Positions 13,001-27,473 of a stretch of 64,000 bases of DNA are shown in pieces. The notes beneath the pieces were generated by a model. The model was given only the letters and a program-made list of their open reading frames with translations, was not told the DNA's origin and did not search any database. Position 1 is the stretch's first letter, and every line of letters starts with the position of its first letter. The position numbers and the translations under genes were made by a program. Origin of the DNA: Paragordius varius (lineage: Eukaryota; Animalia; Nematomorpha); assembly GCA_964247055.1 (NCBI GenBank), contig OZ176053.1, positions 2,108,001 to 2,172,000 on the forward strand. The letters run 5' to 3'.

Positions 13001-14253
13001 TTCCGATCAGCTCTCACATGTTTCTTATAATCATAATGTAAGACCACATAACGATTTAACTAATGCGAATAATAAACTAAATCCAAATCGAAATCGAAAT
13101 GAGCATACAGTTGTGAAAAGTAAAAAACATCGGAAAAATAGGGTGCTCAAAACCAAAACTCACATGTTGCTACGCAAAGAACCTATTCAGATGGTGACAA
13201 CACACGCAAACACAATAGCAACAGTCATTCATCACAATACTACTGACCCATACTTTTTGGATATGAAACCACCGAAAAAAACAGAATTAGTTTATTACGA
13301 AGAATCACCCAATTTCTGTGATTTTGATCCCAAAGTCAGTTTCCGCGGTACGAGGAATAGACAATGTTTCCGACCTGACATAACAGCTAATTTACAAAGT
13401 TTACAGCTTGATGAGGTTGGAGACTCGAATTCGTCCCCAAATTCTGCTCAAAAAAACATTGGTATAACACTCATATATTTTACTTTAAATTGAAAGTCTT
13501 TGATAAATTTGATTTATATATATGATAGCTAAATACGACGCATTAGACTATTGTCATCTAATTTATTAATAATAATACCCATTGTTACAAATGATTTAAG
13601 ATTTAATGGAAATTAAAATTATTAATATTATAATAGAAATATTTGTCAAAAAAATAACACTTTTGCTAAAAAAAGCATATGGCAAGCATACATTCACTTT
13701 TGCTTATACCGTTTATGAAAACTTCATTTTCAGTTTGGAAATAATATACATTTACAGTTCAAATTCACCCTTAAACAATTTAAATTCACCCCGAAACAAT
13801 TCACATATATAGCATGTGTTTTCGGTTTAATATAACTTATTATAATTCGAAATATATTATGGCATAGATTAGTATTTTTTCATTATTATTTTAATTTTAA
13901 ACGAAATATCATTTCTTGAAAAGAAAATAATAGTTAATTTTTAATCTTAAAAAGCACATAATTTATTTTAGGGGAATTTGAATTGTTCAAGGGTGAATTT
14001 GAACTGTTAAAGGGCAAATTATTCAAGGGTGATTTAAACTGCAAATGATAGTCAAACATTTGTTTATAATTGACTATTTATAAAAAAATTTTTTTTTGAT
14101 TAAATAGGTTCATGTGATGCTATATGTTGTGATCGAGGGTATACCAGCAGATCAGTCCTTATCGTACAACGCTGTAATTGTACCTTTCAATGGTGTTGTC
14201 ATGTAACTTGTCAAGAGTGCGCTATACGTAAAATCATTTCAACTTGCCTATAA
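8395..14253 (+). CDS. wnt1: Wnt1/wingless-type ligand with large low-complexity insertions, 6 exons, 749 aa
   Basis: Exons 8395-8507, 10208-10575, 11335-11547, 11834-12120, 12339-13461, 14108-14253. All are GT-AG, phases are consistent and the total is 2250 nt. Hydrophobic N-terminus followed by the Wnt1-like WW motif. Motifs include [92 protein letters not shown] and [13 protein letters not shown]; 23 Cys in total. Confidence 0.93.
9306..9969 (-). mobile_element. Helitron-like non-autonomous element in wnt1 intron 1
   Basis: On the minus strand it starts A|TCTATATATT at 9969 and ends CTAG|T at 9306, with imperfect GC-rich hairpins near the 3' end. No TSD or TIR. Internal direct repeats: ~9381-9427 vs ~9893-9938 and ~9584-9662 vs ~9764-9842. 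Confidence 0.5.
9971..10002. repeat. (TA)n microsatellite
   Basis: Pure TA run; explains the YIYIYI tract in ORF 9722-10042. Confidence 0.9.
13749..14047. mobile_element. MITE family B (TIRs built from 21-bp TTCAAATTCACCCTTGAACAA units)
   Basis: CATTTACAGTTCAAATTCACCC at the left end and GGGTGAATTTGAACTG units at the right end; lies in wnt1 intron 5. Confidence 0.75.
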
Positions 14254-14991
14254 AATAAATACACTTAAAAGATGTATGGAACTTTCTGGAAATGTGCAAC
14301 ATTGTACAAACAAACAACAAAAATTATCTTAGTCTCTCGCACTTATTTTTTCGTATAAAATTGTTACCTACACCAAAGCATAATAATGTTAATCGATCTC
14401 AAAATCATAATGTTTTCCTTATATTATTATGGATATTTTTTATTATATGACTGATCTCTCCTGTGCCAATATTTATTTTCCAATAATTTATTATAATTTT
14501 TCTAATAATTAATTAATTGATTATTTGATCATTCCCATATTCGATATTTACACTGCACCAAGAAAAAGCATAATAATTATATTTATTCAAAACTCCTTAT
14601 TTATATTTCGCTTTAGAATTTTGTATTAAATGGCTTTTTGCTATAATTTTGACATATCAATATAATTAACATATCAATATAAATTTAACATATGTTCAAT
14701 CTGTGCTAATCCGGGGAGAACGGTGTGGACCTATTCAAATTAAATGAGTTTTTTTATTTTTTTACGAATGTGCCGAATATAGCGGATTACTTTTTAGAAT
14801 TAGCCCCAGTATTTAGTCGAATCCCCGTAAATACTTCTGGCAAAACAATAGCGCTTTTAGGTATTTTCAATATAAAATTAAAAATTTTAGTCTGTAAACT
14901 TTCTTTACATGAGGCGTGGGATCGAGACCCCATTCTCTGGATTATACACTGTCAACGTGCTCGTCAAGGAACGTTTCGGAAAACTCATAAG

Positions 14992-15045
14992 CAGTGGCGT
15001 AGCTAGGGAGGTGGAAAGGGGCTCTGATGCGCCGGGCGCCATAGT
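14992..15045 (+). mobile_element. 5' end of a hAT-type element (family F)
   Basis: CAGTGGCGTAGCTAGGGAGG... resembles the left end of the complete copy at 32613-32830. Confidence 0.55.
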
Positions 15046-15221
15046 TGAGTTATTTTCATGTTCACCCATTTATTAGGTGTCAAGACTTTGTTGATCAATA
15101 TTGTCCTTTAGTATTATTTATATACTAATCTAAACAACTGTTTCATATCCTTATTTAATATATCTCTTCACATTATCCTCAAGCGGCTATCTTTCTTAAC
15201 CACAGCCGGTTAATATCGTTT

Positions 15222-18200
15222 CCATACTTTCCAACAATCAGCCATACAAATCAACTAACCTCAAATTTTACTAATCGGCCATAAATTTCGAACAATCAAC
15301 CACACTTTCCAACAATCAACCTCACATTTCCAACAATCGACATCCCATTTCCAACAATCAACCTCATATTTCTAACAATCAACCATACTTTCCAACAATC
15401 AACCATAATTTCCAACAATCAACCATAATTTCCAACAATCAACCTCACATTTCCATCCATGAACCATACTTTCCAACAATCAGCCATACTTTTTAACAAT
15501 CAACCTCACATTTCCAACCATCAACCTCACATTTTCAACAATCAACCTCATATTTCTAACAATCAACCATACTTTCCAACAATCAGCCATAATTCCCAAC
15601 AATCACCCATACTTTCTCAACAATCAACCATACTTTCTCAACAATCAACCTCACATTTCCAACACCTCAAATTTCCAACCATTAACCTCACATTTACAAC
15701 AATTAGCCATACTTTCCAACAATCAGCCATAAATTTACAACAATCAGCCATACTTTCCAACAATCAACCTCACATATCCAACCATCAACCTCACATTTCC
15801 AACAATCAACCTCATATTTCTAACAATCAACCATACTTTCCAACAATCAGGCATACTTTTTAAGAATCAGCCATACTTTTCAACAATCAGCCATTCTTTC
15901 CAACTTTCAACCTCACATTTCCAACCATTAACCTCACATTGTCAACAACCAACCATACTTTCCAACAATCAACCTCATATTTCCAACAATCAACCTCACT
16001 TTTCCAACCATTAACCTCACATTTCCAACAATTAGCCATACATTTCGGACTATTAAGCTATCATTTCCAACAATCAACCATACTTTCCCAACAATCAGCC
16101 ATACTTTCCAACAATCATCCTCACATTTCTAACAATCAGCTATACATTTCCAACAATCAACCTCATATTTCCAACAATCAACCTCAAATTTCCAACAATC
16201 AGCCATTCTTTCCAACAATTAGCCATACTTTCCAACAATCACCCATACTTTCCCAACAATCAACAATACTTTCCCAACAATCATCCATACATTTCTAACA
16301 ATCAACCATACTTTCCAACAATCAGCCATACATTTCCAACAATCAACCATACTTTCCAACAATCAGCCACACATTTTCAACAAACCTCACATTTTAAACA
16401 ATCAGCCATACATTTACAACAATCACCCATACTTTCTCAACAATTAACCATACTTTCCCAACAATCAGCCATACCTTTTAACAATCAGCCATACTTTTCA
16501 ACAATCAGCCATTCTTTCCAACAATCACCCATACTTTCCCAACAATCAACAATACTTTCCCAACAATCATCCATACATTTCCAACAATCAACCATACTTT
16601 CCAACAATCAGCCATACATTTCCAACAATCAGCCATAATTTCCAACAATCAGCCATACATTTCCAACAATTAGCCATACTTTTTAAAAATCAGCCATTCT
16701 TTCCAACAATCCAGCCATACGTTTCCAACAATCAGCCATAATTTCCAACAATCAACCTCACATTTCCAACAATCAACGATACTTTCCAACTCAGCCATAC
16801 ATTTGCAACAAACCTCACATTTTTAACAATCACCCATACATTTACAACAATCAACCATACTTTCCAAAAATCAGTAATACATTTCCAACAATCAGCCATA
16901 CATTTCCAACAATCAACCATACTCTCCAACAATCAACCTCACATTTCCAACCATGAACCTCACATTTCCAACAATCAACCTCACATTTCCAACAATCAAC
17001 CTCAAATTTCCAACAATCAGCCATTCTTTCCAACAATTAGCCATACTTTCCAACAATCAGCCATACATTTTCAACAATCAACCTCACATTTCCAACAATC
17101 AGCCATAAGTTTACAAGAATCAACCTCACTTTTCCAACAATCAGCCATACTTTCCAACAATCAGCCATACATTTCCAACAATCAGCCATACTTTTAACAA
17201 TCAGCCATACTTTTCAACAATCAGCCATTCTTTCCAACAATCAGCCATAAATTTACAAGAATCAGCCATACTTTCCAACAATCAGTCATACTTTCCAACA
17301 ATCAGCCATACTTTTAACAATCAGCAATACATTTTCAACAATCAACCTCACATTTCCAACCATCAGCCATAAATTTACAAGAATTAACCTCACTTTTCCA
17401 ACAATCAGCCATACTTTCCAACAATCAGCCATACATTTCCAACAATCAGCCATACTTTTAACAATCAGCCATACTTTTCAACAATCAGCCATTCTTTCCA
17501 ACAATCAGCCATTCTTTCCAACAATCAGCCATACGTTTCCAACAATCAGCCATAATTTTCAACAATCAACCTCACATTTCCAACAATCAGCCATACATTT
17601 CCAACAATCAGCCATACTTTTAACAATCAGCCATACTTTTCAACAATCAGCCATTCTTTCCAACAATCAGCCATACGTTTCCAACAATCAGCCATAATTT
17701 CCAACAATCAACCTCACATTTCCAACCATCAACCTCACATTTCCAACAATCAGCCATACTTTTCAACAATCAGCCATTCTTTCCTACAATAACCCATACA
17801 TTTCCAATAATCAGCCATACATTTCCAACAATCAGCCATACATTTTCAACAATCAACCTCACATTTCCAACAATCAGCCATAAATTTACAAGAATCAACC
17901 TCACTTTTCCAACAATCAGCCATACATTTCCAACAATCAGCCATACTTTTAACAATCAGCCATTCTTTCCAACAATCAGCCATACTTTACAACAATCAAC
18001 CTCACATCTCCAACAATCAACCATACTTTCCAACTCAGCCATACATTTGCAACAAACCTCACATTTTTAACAATCACCCATACATTTACAACAATCAACC
18101 ATACTTTCCAAAAATCAGTAATACATTTCCAACAATCAGCCATACATTTCCAACAATCAACCATACTCTCCAACAATCAACCTCACATTTCCAACCATGA

Positions 18201-21200
18201 ACCTCACATTTCCAACAATCAACCATACTTTCCAACAATCAACCTCAAATTTCCAACAATCAACCTCAAATTTCCAACAATCAGCCATTCTTTCCAACAA
18301 TTAGCCATACTTTCCAACAATCAGCCATACATTTTCAACAATCAACCTCACATTTCCAACAATCAGCCATAAATTTACAAGAATCAACCTGACTTTTCCA
18401 ACAATCAGCCATACATTTCCAACAATCAGCCATACTTTTAACAATCAGCCATACTTTTAACAATCAGCCATACTTTTCAACAATCAGCCATTCTTTCCAA
18501 CAATCAGCCATAAATTTACAACAATCAGCCATATTTTCCAACAATCAACCTCACATCTCCAACCATCAACCTCACATTTCCAACAATCAACCATACTTTC
18601 CAACAATCAACCTCACATTTCCAAAAATCAGCCATACTTTCCAACAATCAGCCATACATTTCCAACAATCAGCCATACTTTTAACAATCAGCCATACTTT
18701 TCAACAATCAGCCATTCTTTCCAACAATCAGCCATAAATTTACAAGAATCAGCCATACTTTCCAACAATCAGTCATACTTTCCAACATTCAACCTCACAT
18801 TTCCAACAATTAGCCATACTTTCCAACAATCAGCTATACATTTCCAACAATCAGCCATACTTTTAACAATCAGCAATACATTTTCAACAATCAACCTCAC
18901 GTTTCCAACCATCAGCCATAAATTTACAAGAATTAACCTCACTTTTCCAACAATCAGCCATACTTTTAACAATCAGCCATACTTTTCAACAATCAGCCAT
19001 TCTTTCCAACAATCAGCCATAAATTTACAACAATCAGCCATATTTTCCAACAATCAACCTCACATCTCCAACCATCAACCTCACATTTCCAACAATCAAC
19101 CATACTTTCCAACAATCAACCTCACATTTCCAAAAATCAGCCATACTTTCCAACAATCAACCATACTTTCCAACAATCAACCTCACATTTCCAACAATCA
19201 GCCATACTTTCCAACAATCAGCCATACATTTCCAACAATTAGCCATACTTTTTAAAAATCAGCCATTCTTTCCAACAATCAGCCATACGTTTCCAACAAT
19301 CAGCCATAATTTTCAACAATCAACCTCAAATTTCCAACAATCAGCCATACATTTCCAACAATCAGCCATACTTTTAACAATCAGCCATACTTTTCAACAA
19401 TCAGCCATTCTTTCCAACAATCAGCCATACGTTTCCAACAATCAGCCATAATTTCCAACAATCAACCTCACATTTCCAACCATCAACCTCACATTTCCAA
19501 CAATCAGCCATACTTTTCAACAATCAGCCATTCTTTCCTACAATAACCCATACATTTCCAATAATCAGCCATACATTTCCAACAATCAGCCATACATTTT
19601 CAACAATCAACCTCACATTTCCAACAATCAGCCATAAATTTACAAGAATCAACATCACTTTTCCAACAATCAGCCATACATTTCCAACAATCAGCCATAC
19701 TTTTAACAATCAGCCATTCTTTCCAACAATCAGCCATACTTTACAACAATCAACCTCACATCTCCAACAATCAACCATACTTTCCAACTCAGCCATACAT
19801 TTGCAACAAACCTCACATTTTTAACAATCACCCATACATTTACAACAATCAACCATACTCTCCAACAATCAACCTCACATTTCCAACCATGAACCTCACA
19901 TTTCCAACAATCAACCATACTTTCCAACAATCAACCTCAAATTTCCAACAATCAACCTCAAATTTCCAACAATCAACCTCAAATTTCCAACAATCAGCCA
20001 TTCTTTCCAACAATTAGCCATACTTTCCAACAATCAGCCATACATTTTCAACAATCAACCTCACATTTCCAACAATCAGCCATAAATTTACAAGAATCAA
20101 CCTCACTTTTCCAACAATCAGCCATACATTTCCAAAAATCAGCCATACTTTTAACAATCAGCCATACTTTTCAACAATCAGTCATACTTTCCAACATTCA
20201 ACCTCACATTTCCAAAAATTAGCCATACTTTCCAACAATCAGCTATACATTTCCAACAATCAGCCATACTTTTAACAATCAGCAATACATTTTCAACAAT
20301 CAACCTCACATTTCCAACCATCAGCCATAAATTTACAAGAATTAACCTCACTTTTCCAACAATCAGCCATACTTTCCAACAATCAGCCATACATTTCCAA
20401 CAATCAGCCATACTTTTAACAATCAGCCATACTTTTCAACAATCAGCCATTCTTTCCAACAATCAGCCATTCTTTCCAACAATCAGCCATAAATTTACAA
20501 CAATCAGCCATACTTTCCAACAATCAACCTCACATCTCCAACCATCAACCTCACATTTACAACAATCAACCATACTTTCCAACAATCAACCTCACATTTC
20601 TAACAATCAGCCATACATTTCCAACAATCAGCCATACTTTAAACAATCAGCCATACTTTTCAACAATCAGCCATTCTTTCCAACAATCAGCCATACGTTT
20701 CCAACAATCAGCCATACTTTCCAACAATCAATTTCACATTTCCAACAATCAACCATACTTTCCAACAATCAACCTCACATTTCCAACAATCAGCCATACT
20801 TTCCAACAATCAGCCATACATTTCCAACAATTAGCCATACTTTTTAAAAATCAGCCATTCTTTCCAACAATCAGCCATTCTTTCCAACAATCAGCCATAA
20901 ATTTACAACAATCAGCCATACTTTCCCACAATCAACCTCACATCTCCAACCATCAACCTCACATTTCCAACAATCAACCATACTTTCCAACAATCAACCT
21001 CACATTTCCAACAATCAGCCATACTTTCCAACAATCAGCCATACATTTCCAACAATCAGTCATACTTTCCAACATTCAACCTAACATTTCCAACCATCAA
21101 CCTCACATTTCCAACAATCAGCCATTCTTTCCAACGCCATTCTTTCCAACAATCAGCCATAAATTTACAACAATCAGCCATACTTTCCCACAATCAACCT

Positions 21201-24200
21201 CACATCTCCAACCATCAACCTCACATTTCCAACAATCAACCATACTTTCCAACAATCAACCTCACATTTCCAACAATCAGCCATACTTTCCAACAATCAG
21301 CCATACATTTCCAACAATCAGCCATACGTTTCCAACAATCAACCTCACATTTCCAACCATCAACCTCAAATTTCCAACAATCAGCCATTCTTTCCAACAA
21401 TCAGCCATAAATTTACAACAATCAGCCATACTTTCCAACAATCAACCTCACATCTCCAACCATCAACCTCACATTTCCAACAATCAACCATACTTTCCAA
21501 CAATCAGCCATACCTTTCAACAATCAGCCATTCTTTCCAACAATCAGCCATACTTTCCAACAATCAACCTCACATTTCTAACAATCAACCATACTTTCCA
21601 ATCAGCCATACATTTACAACAATCAACCATACTTTCCAACAATCAACCTCACATTTCTAACAATCAGCCATACATTTCCAACAATCAGCCATACTTTAAA
21701 CAATCAGCCATACTTTTCAACAATCAGCCATTCTTTCCAACAATCAGCCATACGTTTCCAACAATCAGCCATAATTTCCAACAATCAACCTCACATTTCC
21801 AACCATCAACCTCACATTTCCAACAATCAGCCATACATTTCAACAATCAGCCATTCTTTCCTACAATACACCATACATTTCCAATAATCAGCCATACATT
21901 TCCAACAATCAGCCATACATTTTCAACAATCAACCTCACATTTCCAACAATCAGCCATAAATTTACAAGAATCAACCTCACTTTTCCAACAATCAGCCAT
22001 ACATTTCCAACAATCAACCTCACATTTCCAACAATCAGCCATAAATTTACAAGAATTAACCTCACTTTTCCAACAATCAGCCATACTTTCCAACAATCAG
22101 CCATACTTTTCAACAATCAGCCATTTTTTTCCTACAATAACCCATACTCAGCCATACATTTCCAACAATCAGCCATACATTTACGACAATCAGCCATACT
22201 TTCCAACAATCAACCTCACATCTCCAACCATCAACCTCACATTTCCAACAATCAACCTCACATTTCCAACAATCAGCCATACTTTCCAATCAGCCATACA
22301 TTTCCAACAATCAGCCATACTTTTCAACAATCAGCCATTCTTTCCTACAATCAGCCATACTTTTCAACAATCAACCTCCCATTTCCAACCATCCACCTCA
22401 CATTTCCAACAATCAACCATACTTTCCAACAATCAGATGTACATATCCAACAATCAGCCATACTTTTTAACAATCAGCCATACTTTCCAACAATCAACCT
22501 CACATTCCCAACAATCAGCCATACTTTTTAACAATCAACCTCACATTTCCAACAATCAACCTCACATTTCCAACAATCAACCATACTTTCCAACAATCAG
22601 ATGTACATTTCCAACAATCAGACATACTTTTTAACAATCAACCTCACATCTCCAACAATCAACCATACTTTCCAACTCAGCCATACATTTGCAACAAACC
22701 TCACATTTTTAACAATCACCCATACATTTACAACAATCAACCATACTCTCCAACAATCAACCTCACATTTCCAACCATGAACCTCACATTTCCAACAATC
22801 AACCATACTTTCCAACAATCAACCTCAAATTTCCAACAATCAACCTCAAATTTCCAACAATCAACCTCAAATTTCCAACAATCAGCCATTCTTTCCAACA
22901 ATTAGCCATACTTTCCAACAATCAGCCATACATTTTCAACAATCAACCTCACATTTCCAACAATCAGCCATAAATTTACAAGAATCAACCTCACTTTTCC
23001 AACAATCAGCCATACATTTCCAAAAATCAGCCATACTTTTAACAATCAGCCATACTTTTCAACAATCAGTCATACTTTCCAACATTCAACCTCACATTTC
23101 CAAAAATTAGCCATACTTTCCAACAATCAGCTATACATTTCCAACAATCAGCCATACTTTTAACAATCAGCAATACATTTTCAACAATCAACCTCACATT
23201 TCCAACCATCAGCCATAAATTTACAAGAATTAACCTCACTTTTCCAACAATCAGCCATACTTTCCAACAATCAGCCATACATTTCCAACAATCAGCCATA
23301 CTTTTAACAATCAGCCATACTTTTCAACAATCAGCCATTCTTTCCAACAATCAGCCATTCTTTCCAACAATCAGCCATAAATTTACAACAATCAGCCATA
23401 CTTTCCAACAATCAACCTCACATCTCCAACCATCAACCTCACATTTACAACAATCAACCATACTTTCCAACAATCAACCTCACATTTCTAACAATCAGCC
23501 ATACATTTCCAACAATCAGCCATACTTTAAACAATCAGCCATACTTTTCAACAATCAGCCATTCTTTCCAACAATCAGCCATACGTTTCCAACAATCAGC
23601 CATACTTTCCAACAATCAATTTCACATTTCCAACAATCAACCATACTTTCCAACAATCAACCTCACATTTCCAACAATCAGCCATACTTTCCAACAATCA
23701 GCCATACATTTCCAACAATTAGCCATACTTTTTAAAAATCAGCCATTCTTTCCAACAATCAGCCATTCTTTCCAACAATCAGCCATAAATTTACAACAAT
23801 CAGCCATACTTTCCCACAATCAACCTCACATCTCCAACCATCAACCTCACATTTCCAACAATCAACCATACTTTCCAACAATCAACCTCACATTTCCAAC
23901 AATCAGCCATACTTTCCAACAATCAGCCATACATTTCCAACAATCAGTCATACTTTCCAACATTCAACCTAACATTTTCAACCATCAACCTCACATTTCC
24001 AACAATCAGCCATTCTTTCCAACGCCATTCTTTCCAACAATCAGCCATAAATTTACAACAATCAGCCATACTTTCCCACAATCAACCTCACATCTCCAAC
24101 CATCAACCTCACATTTCCAACAATCAACCATACTTTCCAACAATCAACCTCACATTTCCAACAATCAGCCATACTTTCCAACAATCAGCCATACATTTCC

Positions 24201-25604
24201 AACAATCAGCCATACGTTTCCAACAATCAACCTCACATTTCCAACCATCAACCTCAAATTTCCAACAATCAGCCATTCTTTCCAACAATCAGCCATAAAT
24301 TTACAACAATCAGCCATACTTTCCAACAATCAACCTCACATCTCCAACCATCAACCTCACATTTCCAACAATCAACCATACTTTCCAACAATCAGCCATA
24401 CCTTTCAACAATCAGCCATTCTTTCCAACAATCAGCCATACTTTCCAACAATCAACCTCACATTTCTAACAATCAACCATACTTTCCAATCAGCCATACA
24501 TTTACAACAATCAACCATACTTTCCAACAATCATCCTCACATTTCTAACAATCAGCCATACATTTCCAACAATCAGCCATACTTTAAACAATCAGCCATA
24601 CTTTTCAACAATCAGCCATTCTTTCCAACAATCAGCCATACGTTTCCAACAATCAGCCATAATTTCCAACAATCAACCTCACATTTCCAACCATCAACCT
24701 CACATTTCCAACAATCAGCCATACATTTCAACAATCAGCCATTCTTTCCTACAATACACCATACATTTCCAATAATCAGCCATACATTTCCAACAATCAG
24801 CCATACATTTTCAACAATCAACCTCACATTTCCAACAATCAGCCATAAATTTACAAGAATCAACCTCACTTTTCCAACAATCAGCCATACATTTCCAACA
24901 ATCAACCTCACATTTCCAACAATCAGCCATAAATTTACAAGAATTAACCTCACTTTTCCAACAATCAGCCATACTTTCCAACAATCAGCCATACTTTTCA
25001 ACAATCAGCCATTTTTTTCCTACAATAACCCATACTCAGCCATACATTTCCAACAATCAGCCATACATTTACGACAATCAGCCATACTTTCCAACAATCA
25101 ACCTCACATCTCCAACCATCAACCTCACATTTCCAACAATCAACCTCACATTTCCAACAATCAGCCATACTTTCCAATCAGCCATACATTTCCAACAATC
25201 AGCCATACTTTTCAACAATCAGCCATTCTTTCCTACAATCAGCCATACTTTTCAACAATCAACCTCCCATTTCCAACCATCCACCTCACATTTCCAACAA
25301 TCAACCATACTTTCCAACAATCAGATGTACATATCCAACAATCAGCCATACTTTTTAACAATCAGCCATACTTTCCAACAATCAACCTCACATTCCCAAC
25401 AATCAGCCATACTTTTTAACAATCAACCTCACATTTCCAACAATCAACCTCACATTTCCAACAATCAACCATACTTTCCAACAATCAGATGTACATATCC
25501 AACAATCAGCCATACTTTTTAACAATCAGCCATACTTTCCAACAATCAACCTCACATTTCCAACAATCAACCATACTTTCCAACAATCAGTATCACATTT
25601 CCAA
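15222..25604. repeat. 10.4-kb minisatellite array of 20/21-bp monomers with higher-order duplication
   Basis: Monomers TTTCCAACAATCAGCCATAC, ATTTCCAACAATCAACCTCAC and variants. About 19745-22632 is repeated almost identically at about 22633-25500 (offset 2888, also seen as paired ORFs in the track). Older offsets of 1754 and 1244 bp are also visible. Confidence 0.97.
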
Positions 25605-26619
25605 ACTAAAATATTTGCTTTAAATCACCAAAGTGTCAGATATAAGGATAAGATCATTATTAATTTTATAATTATCTTTCAAAATTGCATATATATATAT
25701 ATATATTGCTTGCTCGATTCCACCCATTATGTTAAAATTCTTTAAATTGTGAATTGATATAATAAGAAGCCGAAATTCCAAAATACATATTGTTTTTCTT
25801 CCCCAATTTGGGATACATTTAAATATCAATATGATTAGTGAACTAGAGTTACGTTTAAACTGGTTAAACAATTACATTGTTTGTTTTCCTGGCCATTACG
25901 TAGCATCTGAAAAAGAAAAAATAGGATATTTGACCAAATATACTGGAACCGTTTTGGATTTAAAAGCTCTTCGTTAAAAAAATATTACAGAAACCGAAAT
26001 CAGAAAAAAATGACTTGGGACCTTAAAACGCGGGTTGAATTCCTGTTTTATACTATAAAGCTTCAATATTATAAATTTATTTTGATCAATAGTTTTCGTT
26101 CAGTAATATAATCTCGAAGAGAGGATAACAATAAGAAAAATCAGGAATGCTTAAAATTAGTTGAAGATATATATACTACCCTTTGTTGTATTACTATTTG
26201 GCAAAAATTAATAACTTTCTAGCAATATACCTTTACTAATACTGTATGTATATAATAAGCTATATTTATGGCAAGGGATGCAGTTTTAACGAAAATTTAT
26301 ATTTAACTTTTGTGACGATTTTTTCGATATTTTAATACCTAAGGATTTCCACTCTTTTTCGGACGCAAGCCATTTTCCAAAAATTTTATTCGGCCCACGC
26401 ATTCGAATGTAGTTTAATTCCTTTTATACAACATTTATATTTAAATAAAATAAACCTTTCGTGCAAAAACTAATATCATTATTTTTTGATTACTCATACA
26501 TTTGCTAAGCATGCCGTCATTTTCAAACGAATGTGCAAGTTTTTTTTTCAAAGGTGTTTCTGTTTATGACTGGGGTCACATTTTGTCCCGCTCGCTATTT
26601 GAATATTATTTTTTAAAGG

Positions 26620-26676
26620 AAAGGGGCGCGATCACGGATTCAGCACTGGGCGCCAGAAATACAAGCTATGCCTTTG
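26620..26676 (+). mobile_element. 3' end of a hAT-type element (family F)
   Basis: ...CACTGGGCGCCAGAAATACAAGCTATGCCTTTG matches the right end of the 32613-32830 copy (CACCGGGTGCCAGAAATGCAAGCTACGCCTCTG). Confidence 0.6.
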
Positions 26677-26756
26677 TTCATAGGTCCATATATAGTTTTA
26701 AATATATATTAGTCCTGATTTAGGCAACTACTCTTTGCATTACACCTCTAAACATA

Positions 26757-27013
26757 CAGTAAAAACTGAAATTATACGGACAAAACGTAAAATATAAACA
26801 CAAATATTTTTTTCTAAAATACAACCATCGTACTTTATTTATCCTTAATTTTTCTCATATATAGATTATATATTTACAATTTTCTAATATATAAGTGTCA
26901 CCAATATAGATATCAATTTTATAATATGCAATTCAATTTTAAAAAGTATGGTTTTCTTTTCAAAAAAAATTGTTTTTATATTTTAACGTTTTGTCCGTAT
27001 TCAGTTTTTACTG
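26757..27013. mobile_element. MITE family A
   Basis: CAGTAAAAACTGAAATTATACGGACAAAACG ... CGTTTTGTCCGTATTCAGTTTTTACTG. Confidence 0.8.
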
Positions 27014-27274
27014 TTAACCTCGTCTTCAGACTATTACTTTATTTTAGAAAACATTATCAATTCACAACAAGGATATTAACGATTTAGTTGTGAAGCGCAC
27101 GGAAAACAGCCATTTTATAGTTATTTTAAAATTTTGTTTAATTATATTTTAACTATATCATTTTATTTGCTTTTAGTTCATCCGTTTAAAAAGGTATTAC
27201 CAGGTATCGAAAATTTTAAATATAGTTCAATTTAATAAATTTTACCATAATTTATATTATTATTTTTATAAAAT

Positions 27275-27473
27275 TTCACCCTAAAAATAAATTATTAGTT
27301 TTCGGGCTAATATAACTTATCATTAAAGATACATTCTTATGGCATAGTTTTAATTTTAATAATTTCATTTTTTAAAATTATAAAATATAAGTAATTTTTA
27401 ATTTTAAAAAACACACAATTTATTTTTGGGTGAATTTGAATTGTTCAAGGGTGAATTTGAACTGTAAATGGTA
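27275..27473. mobile_element. MITE family B (left end eroded)
   Basis: Right end GGGTGAATTTGAATTGTTCAAGGGTGAATTTGAACTGTAAATGGTA. Confidence 0.7.

Noticed and set aside
15222-25604. ORFs in the track on both strands (SNNQPH/FQQSAIL/WLIVGNV repeats) as a repetitive protein gene
   Set aside because: Mixed 20- and 21-bp monomers shift the frame constantly, ORFs are 134 aa or shorter, and they recur only because the DNA is duplicated.
15222-25604. CRISPR-like array (constant core plus variable part)
   Set aside because: The variable parts are a few recurring 7-13 nt variants, not unique spacers; the context is eukaryotic and there are no cas genes.
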